DNA from: an archaeon
GTDB taxonomy: Archaea > Asgardarchaeota > Thorarchaeia > Thorarchaeales > Thorarchaeaceae
Length of the DNA stretch: 64,000 nt
Assembly (NCBI GenBank): GCA_024276825.1
Contig: JAJRWI010000004.1
Location: forward strand, 1-64,000
Reading direction: 5' to 3'
The notes beneath the pieces are model-generated. The model worked only from the letters and a program-made list of their open reading frames with translations, made no database searches and was not told the origin of the DNA. Made by a program: the position numbers and the translations under genes. Within the stretch, counting starts at the first letter, position 1. Each line of letters begins with the position of its first letter. Positions 39,869 to 49,014 of the stretch are shown in pieces.

Positions 39869-40840
39869 ATGGTAATAGGGTACGAGGTTTCTGAGGATGG
39901 TACTGTCCAAGAAATAGAGGTCACAAAAGAAACTCTGGATCCAAAAAGCGTGATTTGCATTATTGATGAGGTTTCAAAGAGTATCTTTCTTTGGAAGGGG
40001 TCTCAATCGGGAATACGTAAGAAATTCATTGGAGCACGAGTCGCTACAAACTTGCGGTCCGAACATGGTTTTCATTTCAAAGTGAAACCACTTGACGAAG
40101 GTGAGGAACCTCCTGCCTTCTTCTCAGCATTGGATATGGTTGGGGCAGTTGCTCCCCCACCAAAACCCAAAGCTCACGGTCCTCCCCCAGCTCCTCAAGA
40201 ATCGGCCCCAGCTGGAATGCCTGCTGCTTCAGCACCAAAAAAGCCTACTGTACCAACTGAAACTCCTCAAGCACCTCCTCCAACCCCGACCGCACCTCCT
40301 CCTACAAGACCCACAACTCCACCGCCTAAGCCTCGAACAACCACAACGACCCCTCCCCCTAGACCCCCAACAACAACTACTAGACCGAGTACTACTGCTG
40401 CCCCAACTAGAGTTTCCGTGGATCAATCAATTATTGATCAAATGATCAGCGAGCTTGAGCAAACAGATCCGCCAGAGGGCTATCAACGGGAACTACTGAT
40501 AGTATATAATGAACTATACACTGTTGTTGAGCACCGAAAAGTGGTTTTTGGAAGAGAAACCGTTGAACACCGTTTTGAAAAAGTAAAAGACCCGCCCGAG
40601 GGAACATTCATGGCAGAGGGCTTTATTCCCCGAGTCATTGTGAAAGACGGAAAGGTCTTGGGTATCGAGCTTCTCAAGGGCACACCCGAAGCCATTTTAA
40701 GCCCAATAAAAGCAGAAATGAAGGAACGCCTTACTGATCTTATTAGTTTCTTCAAGTCTGAGATTGAGAGTGCTGAGTTAGATGCACCGGCAAAGCCTGC
40801 AAGCAAGAAGAAGAGAAAGAAGAAGCTTGTCGCAAAATAG
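39869..40840 (+). CDS. Gelsolin-domain protein with Pro/Thr-rich linker and C-terminal domain (1DGelX-like)
   Basis: IIDE..KSIFLWKG..S..KKF.GAR.A...DEGEEP..F gelsolin motif. Confidence 0.8.
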   Translation: MVIGYEVSEDGTVQEIEVTKETLDPKSVICIIDEVSKSIFLWKGSQSGIRKKFIGARVATNLRSEHGFHFKVKPLDEGEEPPAFFSALDMVGAVAPPPKPKAHGPPPAPQESAPAGMPAASAPKKPTVPTETPQAPPPTPTAPPPTRPTTPPPKPRTTTTTPPPRPPTTTTRPSTTAAPTRVSVDQSIIDQMISELEQTDPPEGYQRELLIVYNELYTVVEHRKVVFGRETVEHRFEKVKDPPEGTFMAEGFIPRVIVKDGKVLGIELLKGTPEAILSPIKAEMKERLTDLISFFKSEIESAELDAPAKPASKKKRKKKLVAK

Positions 40841-40858
40841 ACTAATGGAGAGAATACG

Positions 40859-41248
40859 ATGTCATCACAACTTGATCCAAACAAAGAGAAAGAACTGGTC
40901 GAGCTCCTAATGGGGCTAACGAACTACGCCGATCTGGACGCAATTGCAGTAGTGAGCAAACAGGGTGTTAAGCTTGCATACTTTGCAACAGAAGAGTCCG
41001 ATGCTGATCCAGACCTTATGGCTGCTATGAGTGCTGCACTCCTAGTGCAGGGCGAGATGGCTGCAGACAAACTGGAACTCAGTGAGCTTTACGAAGTCAT
41101 CATTCGTGGTGCTGATGGCTTTGTTGTACTGTCCCATGCAGGTGACTTTCTCCTCATGGGATCTGCACGGGATCTGCGTTCCATGGGTCTTGCCATAAGC
41201 CAAATGCGAAAATACGCAAAAGAGATCGGCAAGCTGCTGGGAAAATAG
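40859..41248 (+). CDS. Roadblock/LC7 domain protein
   Basis: AVVSKQG...D.D.MAAMSAA.L..GE....L..EVIIRG..G. Confidence 0.85.
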   Translation: MSSQLDPNKEKELVELLMGLTNYADLDAIAVVSKQGVKLAYFATEESDADPDLMAAMSAALLVQGEMAADKLELSELYEVIIRGADGFVVLSHAGDFLLMGSARDLRSMGLAISQMRKYAKEIGKLLGK

Positions 41249-41328
41249 GTTTCATCTAAGGCAAAGGCCAGAAATAAAATCTGGCTTTTACAGTAAATAT
41301 ATTTAGTCGATGGCTTGTTGCTCAAATT

Positions 41329-42540
41329 GTGAATATGATGAATCTGGGCATAACCTCTCGGGCATCTAATCTCAAATATGCAATTCGAGACATTGTTGTT
41401 GCAGCCAAGGCCTATGAGCGAAAGAGCGGAGAATCCCCATTGTATCTCAACATTGGGGATCCGATCAAATATGACTGGAAAACTCCTGACTTCATGGTCG
41501 ACGCAATTTGCGAGGCCGCTCGTAAGGGGATCAATGGTTATGCCCCTTCTGAAGGTCTTGATGAACTTCGTCAGGCCGCAGCCGAGAAAGAGAAAAGAGT
41601 AAACGGGATTGATGTTGACCCCTCTCGGATTCTTGTGACCACTGGAGTGTCAGAGGCCATTCAATTTCTTGCTGGAGCACTTGTCACTGATGGTTCTGAA
41701 TTACTTGTTCCTGGGCCCTCATACCCCCCATATCTCTCATACATACAATTCTTCGGCGGAAAACCTGTCCCTTACAGGACTGTTGAGGAAAATGATTGGA
41801 ACCCCGATGTTGATGATCTTCGTTCGAAAATCAATGAAAAAACAGTTGGCATTGTTGTTATTAATCCAAATAACCCCACAGGCTCCGTTTATAATAGAAG
41901 CACGCTGAAGGCCATAGCTGACCTTGCGGGCGAATACGAATTACCATTAGTGAGTGATGAGATATATGACCAACTCACTTTTGATAAGGATCAGACCCCC
42001 ATGGTCAAAGTTGCTAAAGATGTTCCAGTGATTGGCTTCAATGGTGTGAGCAAGGTCTATCTCGCACCCGGCTGGCGTGTGGGCTATGTGTATTTCCATG
42101 ATGGTGATGGCGAACTAGAACCTCTGCGAGATGCCATGGTCCGTCAGGCAAGAATCCGGATCTGTTCAAATGCCCCTGCTCAATATGCTTCCGCGGCTGC
42201 ACTACGAAGTGATGGAAGTCACTTGAAGGATGTCATGAAGCGGCTTCGAGAGCGTCGAGACCTCATTTACAGGCGGCTCAATGAGATTCCATCAGTTTCA
42301 AGCAGACTTCCACAGGCCGCATTCTATATCCTGCCAAAAATTGAATTGAATGGAAGGTGGAAAAACGATACAGAGTTTGTTCTTGATGTATTAAACTCCA
42401 CTGGCGTTGTATTTGTTCCCGGTTCTGGATTTGATCCAATTTACGGTGACGGACACTTTAGGAGTGTATTCCTGCCACCTCTAGATATGATTTCCGAGGC
42501 TATGGACCGTCTTGAGAGCTTCATGAACTCCCATGAATAA
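41329..42540 (+). CDS. PLP-dependent aminotransferase class I/II (AlaA-like)
   Basis: LNIGDP, INPNNPTG, SDEIYD, SKVYLAPGWRVG. Confidence 0.92.
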   Translation: MNMMNLGITSRASNLKYAIRDIVVAAKAYERKSGESPLYLNIGDPIKYDWKTPDFMVDAICEAARKGINGYAPSEGLDELRQAAAEKEKRVNGIDVDPSRILVTTGVSEAIQFLAGALVTDGSELLVPGPSYPPYLSYIQFFGGKPVPYRTVEENDWNPDVDDLRSKINEKTVGIVVINPNNPTGSVYNRSTLKAIADLAGEYELPLVSDEIYDQLTFDKDQTPMVKVAKDVPVIGFNGVSKVYLAPGWRVGYVYFHDGDGELEPLRDAMVRQARIRICSNAPAQYASAAALRSDGSHLKDVMKRLRERRDLIYRRLNEIPSVSSRLPQAAFYILPKIELNGRWKNDTEFVLDVLNSTGVVFVPGSGFDPIYGDGHFRSVFLPPLDMISEAMDRLESFMNSHE

Positions 42541-42541
42541 C

Positions 42542-44305
42542 CTAGACTGATGACTGCTTCTGATTGAATATGTCAAGCAGCTTTCTTCTTATCTGTTCAA
42601 GGCTTTCCAGTGCAACTCTTATCCTTTCTGGGACCTCTGGAACTGTTCTGTCGGCAAGATAATCAGCTTCTAGAAGTGAAGCAATATATGATTGAATCTT
42701 CTTGATCTTCTCACGTTCCTCCTCAAGGGCTGTCCTCACCTTGGTTCTTGCAGCAGCCTCAGCAGGATCTTGAGTTGAACTGGCAGTTGGAAGACCGTTA
42801 TAGATCAGCTCAAGATTATAATTGATGTCTGCAATCCTACTTTTGAGTGATGATATTGAATCAAACACCTCTTTCCGTTTTGCATCAAGGTCCATGATTT
42901 CTTGTTTCACAGGTAGTATCTTCTCCCGCAATTCCGACTCGATAGATTCCAGTGTTCCCTTAATACTCTCCTCGAGTTCTTGTAGCAGTTTAATGCCATG
43001 CTCCCTAAGTGCCTTCTCTCTCTTTGCCTTGATCTCTGAAATCATCAAATCATCGCCAAGCAACGAATCAAATGCATCAATGAGTTCATTGACTATTGAA
43101 ATGCGAGTTTTTGCTGCTTCAAGGTTCTTGCCGCTTATGTCCTCATTTACTCTCATCAGAGTACTTGTCAATGCATCAATCATCCTGCTCAATGGTTCTT
43201 GCTCTAGTATGGATTGTTCTACGGATGTTCTTAGTAGTCCTATGCGACCGTCAGTCACATCTCTATCATGCTGAAGTTTTTCTGTTTCACGAAAGTCCTT
43301 GAGAAGAATCTTTGCTGGTCCCACTTGCAAGGAGTACTCGGTGTTCAGCTGATCGCGATATGTGCCCTTCAATAACACTGAATACTCCTTTGTCCCTGTG
43401 AGTTCTTGTGATGCCTTTGCCACAATCTCAAGTGTGATTGATTCATCAGGTCCTAAAACTTCAATTGAACGCTTGATATCACCTGCACTAACCACGAGTT
43501 CAGGGTCAAGATGCCATTCAACTGCCAAATCAAATGCGTTTCCATCCCCAATGTTATTCAAAATGGCCTTTATTGTGAATTCATCGGAAAATGTCTTATC
43601 CACAGGTAATTCAATATGACTTGTGATATTTGGAGTTTTGATCTTTCCTCTAAAGATCTCACGAATCATCCCAAGTCCTTTCTCAACATACCTGTAGAAT
43701 GACTCCGCATCACGACCGAGAGCGGTCTTCAACTCTGTTGCAACTGAATTCTCAGCTGAACTGAATGAATTAATATCGACATTGACCAGAGCTGCTTCAA
43801 ACTGCTGTGGTATCTGACTCAGCCTGACCACATCCGGATACACAATTTTTGCCGAATGATCAGAGACAAACTGCCTGGCCTTTAGAAAGGCAGTGTTATC
43901 ATCACCCACCATGAAATAGATCATACAGGCTGATATTGCAAGGGCAGTGCCGCGTTTGATTTCAGCAGGATCATCCCATATCAGATGCTCCTCGGCGGCA
44001 TGAAGAAGGTCTTCTGCTGCCAAAGAATATGCATTAATAGCCTGTGTGGAGTTCCCAATCTCTGAGTACACATCGCCGGCATTACACATTAGCAAAGCGG
44101 CCTTCTTGAAACTCTTGCCCTGTCTATACTCTAGAGCCGAGGTTTCGAAAGCTTGAGCTGCTTCAATCAGCTTCTTCTCAGCCTCATGAAGATTACCCCT
44201 TTCTAGCAGCTGCTCTGCTTCTTTCAAAGATTGATTTCCCGCTGCTTGACGCATGAGATCTCTACGAATCATTTGCAAAAACCGATTTACTCTCTCTTCT
44301 GACAC
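42542..44305 (-). CDS. Hypothetical protein: SNAP/TPR-like helical N-terminus, Ig-like domain, long coiled coil
   Basis: AAQAFE..A..Y..AA...AG..Y repeats; N.GDG.A beta-sandwich; heptad-rich C-terminus. Confidence 0.55.
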   Translation of the reverse strand: MSEERVNRFLQMIRRDLMRQAAGNQSLKEAEQLLERGNLHEAEKKLIEAAQAFETSALEYRQGKSFKKAALLMCNAGDVYSEIGNSTQAINAYSLAAEDLLHAAEEHLIWDDPAEIKRGTALAISACMIYFMVGDDNTAFLKARQFVSDHSAKIVYPDVVRLSQIPQQFEAALVNVDINSFSSAENSVATELKTALGRDAESFYRYVEKGLGMIREIFRGKIKTPNITSHIELPVDKTFSDEFTIKAILNNIGDGNAFDLAVEWHLDPELVVSAGDIKRSIEVLGPDESITLEIVAKASQELTGTKEYSVLLKGTYRDQLNTEYSLQVGPAKILLKDFRETEKLQHDRDVTDGRIGLLRTSVEQSILEQEPLSRMIDALTSTLMRVNEDISGKNLEAAKTRISIVNELIDAFDSLLGDDLMISEIKAKREKALREHGIKLLQELEESIKGTLESIESELREKILPVKQEIMDLDAKRKEVFDSISSLKSRIADINYNLELIYNGLPTASSTQDPAEAAARTKVRTALEEEREKIKKIQSYIASLLEADYLADRTVPEVPERIRVALESLEQIRRKLLDIFNQKQSSV

Positions 44306-44378
44306 AGGCTACTAACCTCCCTCATCTTATATGTCCAAGACAAAAATGAAGCTTTTCATCCATTGATTGAATACTATC

Positions 44379-44696
44379 TTAATATACCTCACGCGGTGAT
44401 TGCTTCAGTCGCTCGGGAAGAGCGCCACCTTGCCCTTCAATTACAAGTTCGAAATCTCTTCCTATTCGTCCGCCTTTCTGAAGCTGAAAGCCTGATTTCT
44501 GGATTGATCTGGCATTTCTTTCTGCGGCTCGTCGCATGATCATACTGACCCCATTGGGAACTGTAAGTATCAGCTTTTTTTGAGCCATATCTATTTTTAG
44601 TGTGATCTGGGTTGTTGGAGTCCCAGTGCACTCATGAAACTTGCTATCTTTATACTCTAGAATCGTCATTTTCTTTCCCGTCCTAGATGATGTCAA
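44379..44696 (-). CDS. Small protein, probable single divergent gelsolin-like domain
   Basis: KIDMAQKKLILTV...SMIMRRAAERNARSI aligns by eye with IIDEVSKSIFLWK...GIRKKFIGARVATNL. Confidence 0.45.
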   Translation of the reverse strand: MTSSRTGKKMTILEYKDSKFHECTGTPTTQITLKIDMAQKKLILTVPNGVSMIMRRAAERNARSIQKSGFQLQKGGRIGRDFELVIEGQGGALPERLKQSPREVY

Positions 44697-44942
44697 TTAT
44701 GGATTACAACATGTATTATATTAGCGTTTACCAGATGAAATCATCTCACTCAAGCATGACAAAAGCCCTATTTATCATTTTAATGAGCAAACCTTTGCAT
44801 TCCTGATCTAATGGAATTGCCAGAGTAGGTCTTACCTATTATCCATTTTGATTATAAAAGAAATAGCCATGAGTCCTGAGAGTCTTGCCCAGAGAGCTCC
44901 TCTCTAGGACTCTATGCTCAAATAAGCTCGGTGCCTGGCGTT

Positions 44943-45260
44943 TTAGTCAGGTGGGGGTGGCGGAGGTGGTGTGTCCTCAACCCTTGTGTCAACTGGAGCA
45001 GTGACTGAATCGCGTTTCTTCTTTGTGTAGAAGAACCCAAGAATAATGAATACCAGCCCAATTATTGCAACGACTCCTCCAATCAAAGTCTGATTCATCA
45101 TAAATGATGGTCCCATATTGACCATGATTGCAAGAATGGACCCCGCTATTACCAACAACACGCCAAGGCATATCAGCCAAGACCGTGCATATTCGCGCCA
45201 TGTTAGATATGACATATCCATAAGTCTCCTTTTCGAGGTTTTTATTCCTCGTCTAAACAA
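44943..45260 (-). CDS. Small two-TM protein with C-terminal poly-proline
   Basis: Two hydrophobic segments, basic stop-transfer, poly-Pro tail. Confidence 0.6.
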   Translation of the reverse strand: MFRRGIKTSKRRLMDMSYLTWREYARSWLICLGVLLVIAGSILAIMVNMGPSFMMNQTLIGGVVAIIGLVFIILGFFYTKKKRDSVTAPVDTRVEDTPPPPPPPD

Positions 45261-45320
45261 ATTCTATTCAGTAAGATTGATTTAAGCATATCTACGAACA
45301 ATAATGCCGGTGATAGATTA

Positions 45321-46202
45321 TCAATCAACAGAGATTGTGATTATACATCCAGTGGATGAAGTGTTTATCCTTATTTTCAGGCTTGTAACCTCACTGACTT
45401 TCTCTGCTATCGCTTCATGGAATGCACAAGGAAATTTTGGCGGGGCTTTTGTTCCAGCATCCACATACCACTTGCCATCTATAAGAAGTTGACATTTTCC
45501 GGACTCAATCACCAATGTATTATCGGCTGTGGTTGGTATCTGCCCCTCATTAGTGCAGCTCATGATCATATCAACAAATAGTTGGATTGGCATTTTCGGA
45601 TCTTCATATGCGGACCATCTTCTCACAGTTGCCTCTGCAATTCTTGAGATCATTGCTTCAAGGTGTCCTTTCGGCAGGTTTGAACCGTATGCAGTGATCT
45701 CCTGAATGGCTGCAGCAAGAACCTCAATCAGACTCTCCTGTTTTCGAACATTATCCGTCGCATAGACCTTTGGAACTGCACCGAGGGGTCTGGCGACAAG
45801 GTCCCTCTGCGATGAGGAGGTTGCGTTTCCTGCGGGAATGTCGATTGCTTGTTCACTAGATGTTTCCGCAGCTCCACTCCCAGTTGTTGTGCCATCTTCT
45901 CGCACAAGGCCTGGAACTTCGAAATTTGGACATATTCCTGACTGCTGATAGCGTCTAGCAAACTGCATGAGACGCCCTGCACATTGAGCCACCTCATACC
46001 TGCTTAGCCCTGGAAGCCTTGCATGACCATAAATAACGCCGACAAAGTTGTCGAGAGTGAGGTCTGAGATAGTCTTCTCTACAAGTATCTTCCTTCCTCT
46101 AACAACCCTTGCGGCCCACATGTCATTCATAACGCCAGCCTGAGCTGCGTAGCTCGTATTCTTGATGGGGACAAGGGGCGAGATAGGATAGAACTCACTC
46201 AA
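45321..46202 (-). CDS. Hypothetical protein with possible C-terminal V4R-like domain
   Basis: C...PCAFH...GCII pattern. Confidence 0.45.
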   Translation of the reverse strand: MSEFYPISPLVPIKNTSYAAQAGVMNDMWAARVVRGRKILVEKTISDLTLDNFVGVIYGHARLPGLSRYEVAQCAGRLMQFARRYQQSGICPNFEVPGLVREDGTTTGSGAAETSSEQAIDIPAGNATSSSQRDLVARPLGAVPKVYATDNVRKQESLIEVLAAAIQEITAYGSNLPKGHLEAMISRIAEATVRRWSAYEDPKMPIQLFVDMIMSCTNEGQIPTTADNTLVIESGKCQLLIDGKWYVDAGTKAPPKFPCAFHEAIAEKVSEVTSLKIRINTSSTGCIITISVD

Positions 46203-46282
46203 CTTCTGAACCTCTACTTCTATTATTCATTGGTCTTTATCACATAGCGACTCAAAAGACTATTGTTAATGTATCTGTGATG

Positions 46283-48772
46283 TCATTGTTTCTTGAATTG
46301 TATTTTCAAGGTTGCTATCGCATGCGGGTCCAATGCAATCTGCGCTGAGTTCTTCTCAAACACAAGGTCTCCAATCTCTCTCTCAGTGAGGTCAACTAAC
46401 TTGACTGATTCAATGTCTTGTGAAAACTCAATATCAATGCACGAGGTCTCGCCATTCATCTCAAAGAGTCTGAATATGTATTCTTTCTCATTAGTGGTTG
46501 GCTTCACGCAGGTGATCATCACCTCGCCGCCACGCACACTAACCAGTGAATATTGCACTGGCATTGACCTGTCGGTCTCGTCTATTACCCTGTGCAGTAG
46601 CGGAAGTCTATGCTCTGATGCTCTCCTCCAGACTTCTGAATCCTCAGGACTGTCTTTGAATGTCGAGATCATGTACCGATAGAATAGCCTGCCTGTTTCG
46701 CGGGATGTCTTGGTTTCAACAACATCATCATCAAGGCCACGCGAGAGATGGTCTACACTCCTAAGTAATGTTGCTCTAAGTTTTCCATCGGTAAACTCGA
46801 ACTCATGCAATCCTGGAGCTGATATGCAGATGGCAAAATCTGGGCTCTCACAGAGCACCCAGTCCAAAGCACTAAATGCCCCTTCTGCTGGGTCTTCCCA
46901 TGAATAGAGCTCTTGGCTTCTGGTACTCCTGCTCTCTGCGATGAATTGTGCTCCAACTTTCACATGATCATTGAAGACGGTCAGAGGGAAGTTGAGTCGC
47001 ATTCTCTTTGAACGGCCTTTAAAATCAACCCCCAGCGTCATATCAATGCGTGTGATACTATCATAGACCATGATCTCCTGTTCAATCGCCATACCTCCCA
47101 TCTCTCGCGTGACTCTCATTACCCCTCTTACAGGACCTTCCTCAATAACCTCAAGTTTGCCCGAAACCCTTTCACTAGTGAGGTCACTCTCTGGTGTACT
47201 GAGCTCAGAACGCGAATACCTGTATAAGTCCCCAACATCATTCTCTATGGTTATGTAGTTTCCAAGATCAGATAGTACCTCAAACTGTCCTGTTTTGTCG
47301 AGGATTCGAGATATTGACCCACTAAAGTCTTCAAACTCAATTGAGAAAATCCTTGACTCAAGCCAATTCTTTCCGCTTCGTATTTGTGACTCGAACTCTG
47401 GTTGTCTTTCCACTGGAACTACCGAGAACACCTTGTATCCCAGGGGCGGGAGGTCCCTAGCAACGAATACGATATCAGCAGAGCCCGTTTCATCATTAAT
47501 TCCGTTTATCTGATACACCATGTCATTACCCTCAGTGTCCTTGATAGCAAAGAACTCGCTATCAATCTTCGAGAGGTCAATGACAGTTTCCACAACATCT
47601 GTGCGTTCCCAGTTTAGAGGGTTAAACACGGCAATGCTAAGACACTCATTAACAGTCGCAATCTTCCTTGTTAGCTTCCTAATTGTTTCATCAAGCATCT
47701 GCTTAGCTCGCTCTTTGCCCTGATTGAACCTCTTTACTGCAAGTTGATATGGCGCATCTGCACAAGTCCCTCGAATAATATTGTGATCCTGATTGAACAA
47801 TAGAATCCTCCATATATTCTCAATTGATGTGCCATTGTTCTTTTCTCCCAGAATAGAACGAAATACCTCAATCATATATAACAGCCCTTCCAATTCTCTG
47901 TTAAGAAGTTTTAACCTGATTCTTCCTGACAGTCCGCCAGACCTGATCCCTGCAAATCTCCCTGCAATTAGGGGACCTGCTATGACTGGAAACTCTGCCT
48001 GAACTGACTTGATCTTGTCAATATACTCTCGAGGGGTTGTGATAACCAGACGCGTGTCTTGAAATGTCATGTTCCATTTGTGGACAAGATCTGCCAGATG
48101 CGGGGGTGGCGGTACCAACTCTCCACCGACAGGAATGAACAGATTTGACGAGACCGATCTCTGACTACTCTCTTCAATAATCCCCAGTAAATTAGAGAAT
48201 GCCTCTCGTGCGTTCTCCGATAGCCATGCTGCTACCTCATAGCCCATTGGCAACCAGATTGCATTCACACGACTTCCATCTGGACCTTTCCAAACGAACT
48301 CGGTTGGTGCATCATATGGCATGCCCCTCCAGAAGAAGAACGAGTCAATTCCACACAGTCTCAAGATCTGAGGCAGTTGGGAACAATGACCTGCCGAGTC
48401 GATTGCCCACCCTGTCTTTACATCAATGCCAAACTCTTTTCTGAAGTAGTTCATCCCGATTAGAAACTGTCTAACAATTGACTCACCATCAGGGATTATG
48501 AAATCTGGCATGACATAGGTTCCGCCCACCAGCTCCAATTGTCCATCCAGCACCTTCTTCTGCAACTCGTCCCAGTAATTTGGAAATAGTCGTTGAAACC
48601 CTTCAAGGAGGGTGACTTGATCAATACAGAATTTGTGTTCCGACTCGATATTCAAATAATCAAGAGCGCTCTTAATGTTCCATGAAGCTATACTGATATT
48701 ATGCTCGAAGGTCTGTATTCTAGAGTTATCAAAATGCAAGAACGGGCAGACATTTACCATCCAACGTTGCAT
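46283..48772 (-). CDS. Glycoside hydrolase family 38 (alpha-mannosidase-like)
   Basis: VGG.YV.PD..IPDGES.VRQ, W..DS.GH..QLPQI, EF.W.GPDGS, NQDH..I.GT. Confidence 0.88.
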   Translation of the reverse strand: MQRWMVNVCPFLHFDNSRIQTFEHNISIASWNIKSALDYLNIESEHKFCIDQVTLLEGFQRLFPNYWDELQKKVLDGQLELVGGTYVMPDFIIPDGESIVRQFLIGMNYFRKEFGIDVKTGWAIDSAGHCSQLPQILRLCGIDSFFFWRGMPYDAPTEFVWKGPDGSRVNAIWLPMGYEVAAWLSENAREAFSNLLGIIEESSQRSVSSNLFIPVGGELVPPPPHLADLVHKWNMTFQDTRLVITTPREYIDKIKSVQAEFPVIAGPLIAGRFAGIRSGGLSGRIRLKLLNRELEGLLYMIEVFRSILGEKNNGTSIENIWRILLFNQDHNIIRGTCADAPYQLAVKRFNQGKERAKQMLDETIRKLTRKIATVNECLSIAVFNPLNWERTDVVETVIDLSKIDSEFFAIKDTEGNDMVYQINGINDETGSADIVFVARDLPPLGYKVFSVVPVERQPEFESQIRSGKNWLESRIFSIEFEDFSGSISRILDKTGQFEVLSDLGNYITIENDVGDLYRYSRSELSTPESDLTSERVSGKLEVIEEGPVRGVMRVTREMGGMAIEQEIMVYDSITRIDMTLGVDFKGRSKRMRLNFPLTVFNDHVKVGAQFIAESRSTRSQELYSWEDPAEGAFSALDWVLCESPDFAICISAPGLHEFEFTDGKLRATLLRSVDHLSRGLDDDVVETKTSRETGRLFYRYMISTFKDSPEDSEVWRRASEHRLPLLHRVIDETDRSMPVQYSLVSVRGGEVMITCVKPTTNEKEYIFRLFEMNGETSCIDIEFSQDIESVKLVDLTEREIGDLVFEKNSAQIALDPHAIATLKIQFKKQ

Positions 48773-48887
48773 TGTTCCTCAACTCGCATGTTAAGAGAAA
48801 AAATGGCATCTCACCTTTATAGGCATTCGGTGTGTCTGCCATCAACACTCAAAGGGATATTTGTGTTGACATCTTCTAAAAAGAAAA

Positions 48888-48950
48888 GTGTTGAACGCCT
48901 CTAATAGAAGGATTCAGCACTTGTGAATGTCTATTAGAGGCATTCAACAT
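48888..48950. repeat. Long intergenic inverted repeat
   Basis: TGTTGAACGCCTCTAATAGA...TCTATTAGAGGCATTCAACA with an inner ATTCA/TGAAT pair. Confidence 0.75.
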
Positions 48951-49014
48951 CTTGGTTATATCTTCTTGGCGGGTCTGTTTCATCTAGAAACTGGCCTTGG
49001 TTGAATGCTGGCAA

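Noticed and set aside
40150-40410. C/A-rich quasi-repeats as a CRISPR array or satellite
   Set aside because: Explained by the Pro/Thr coding linker.
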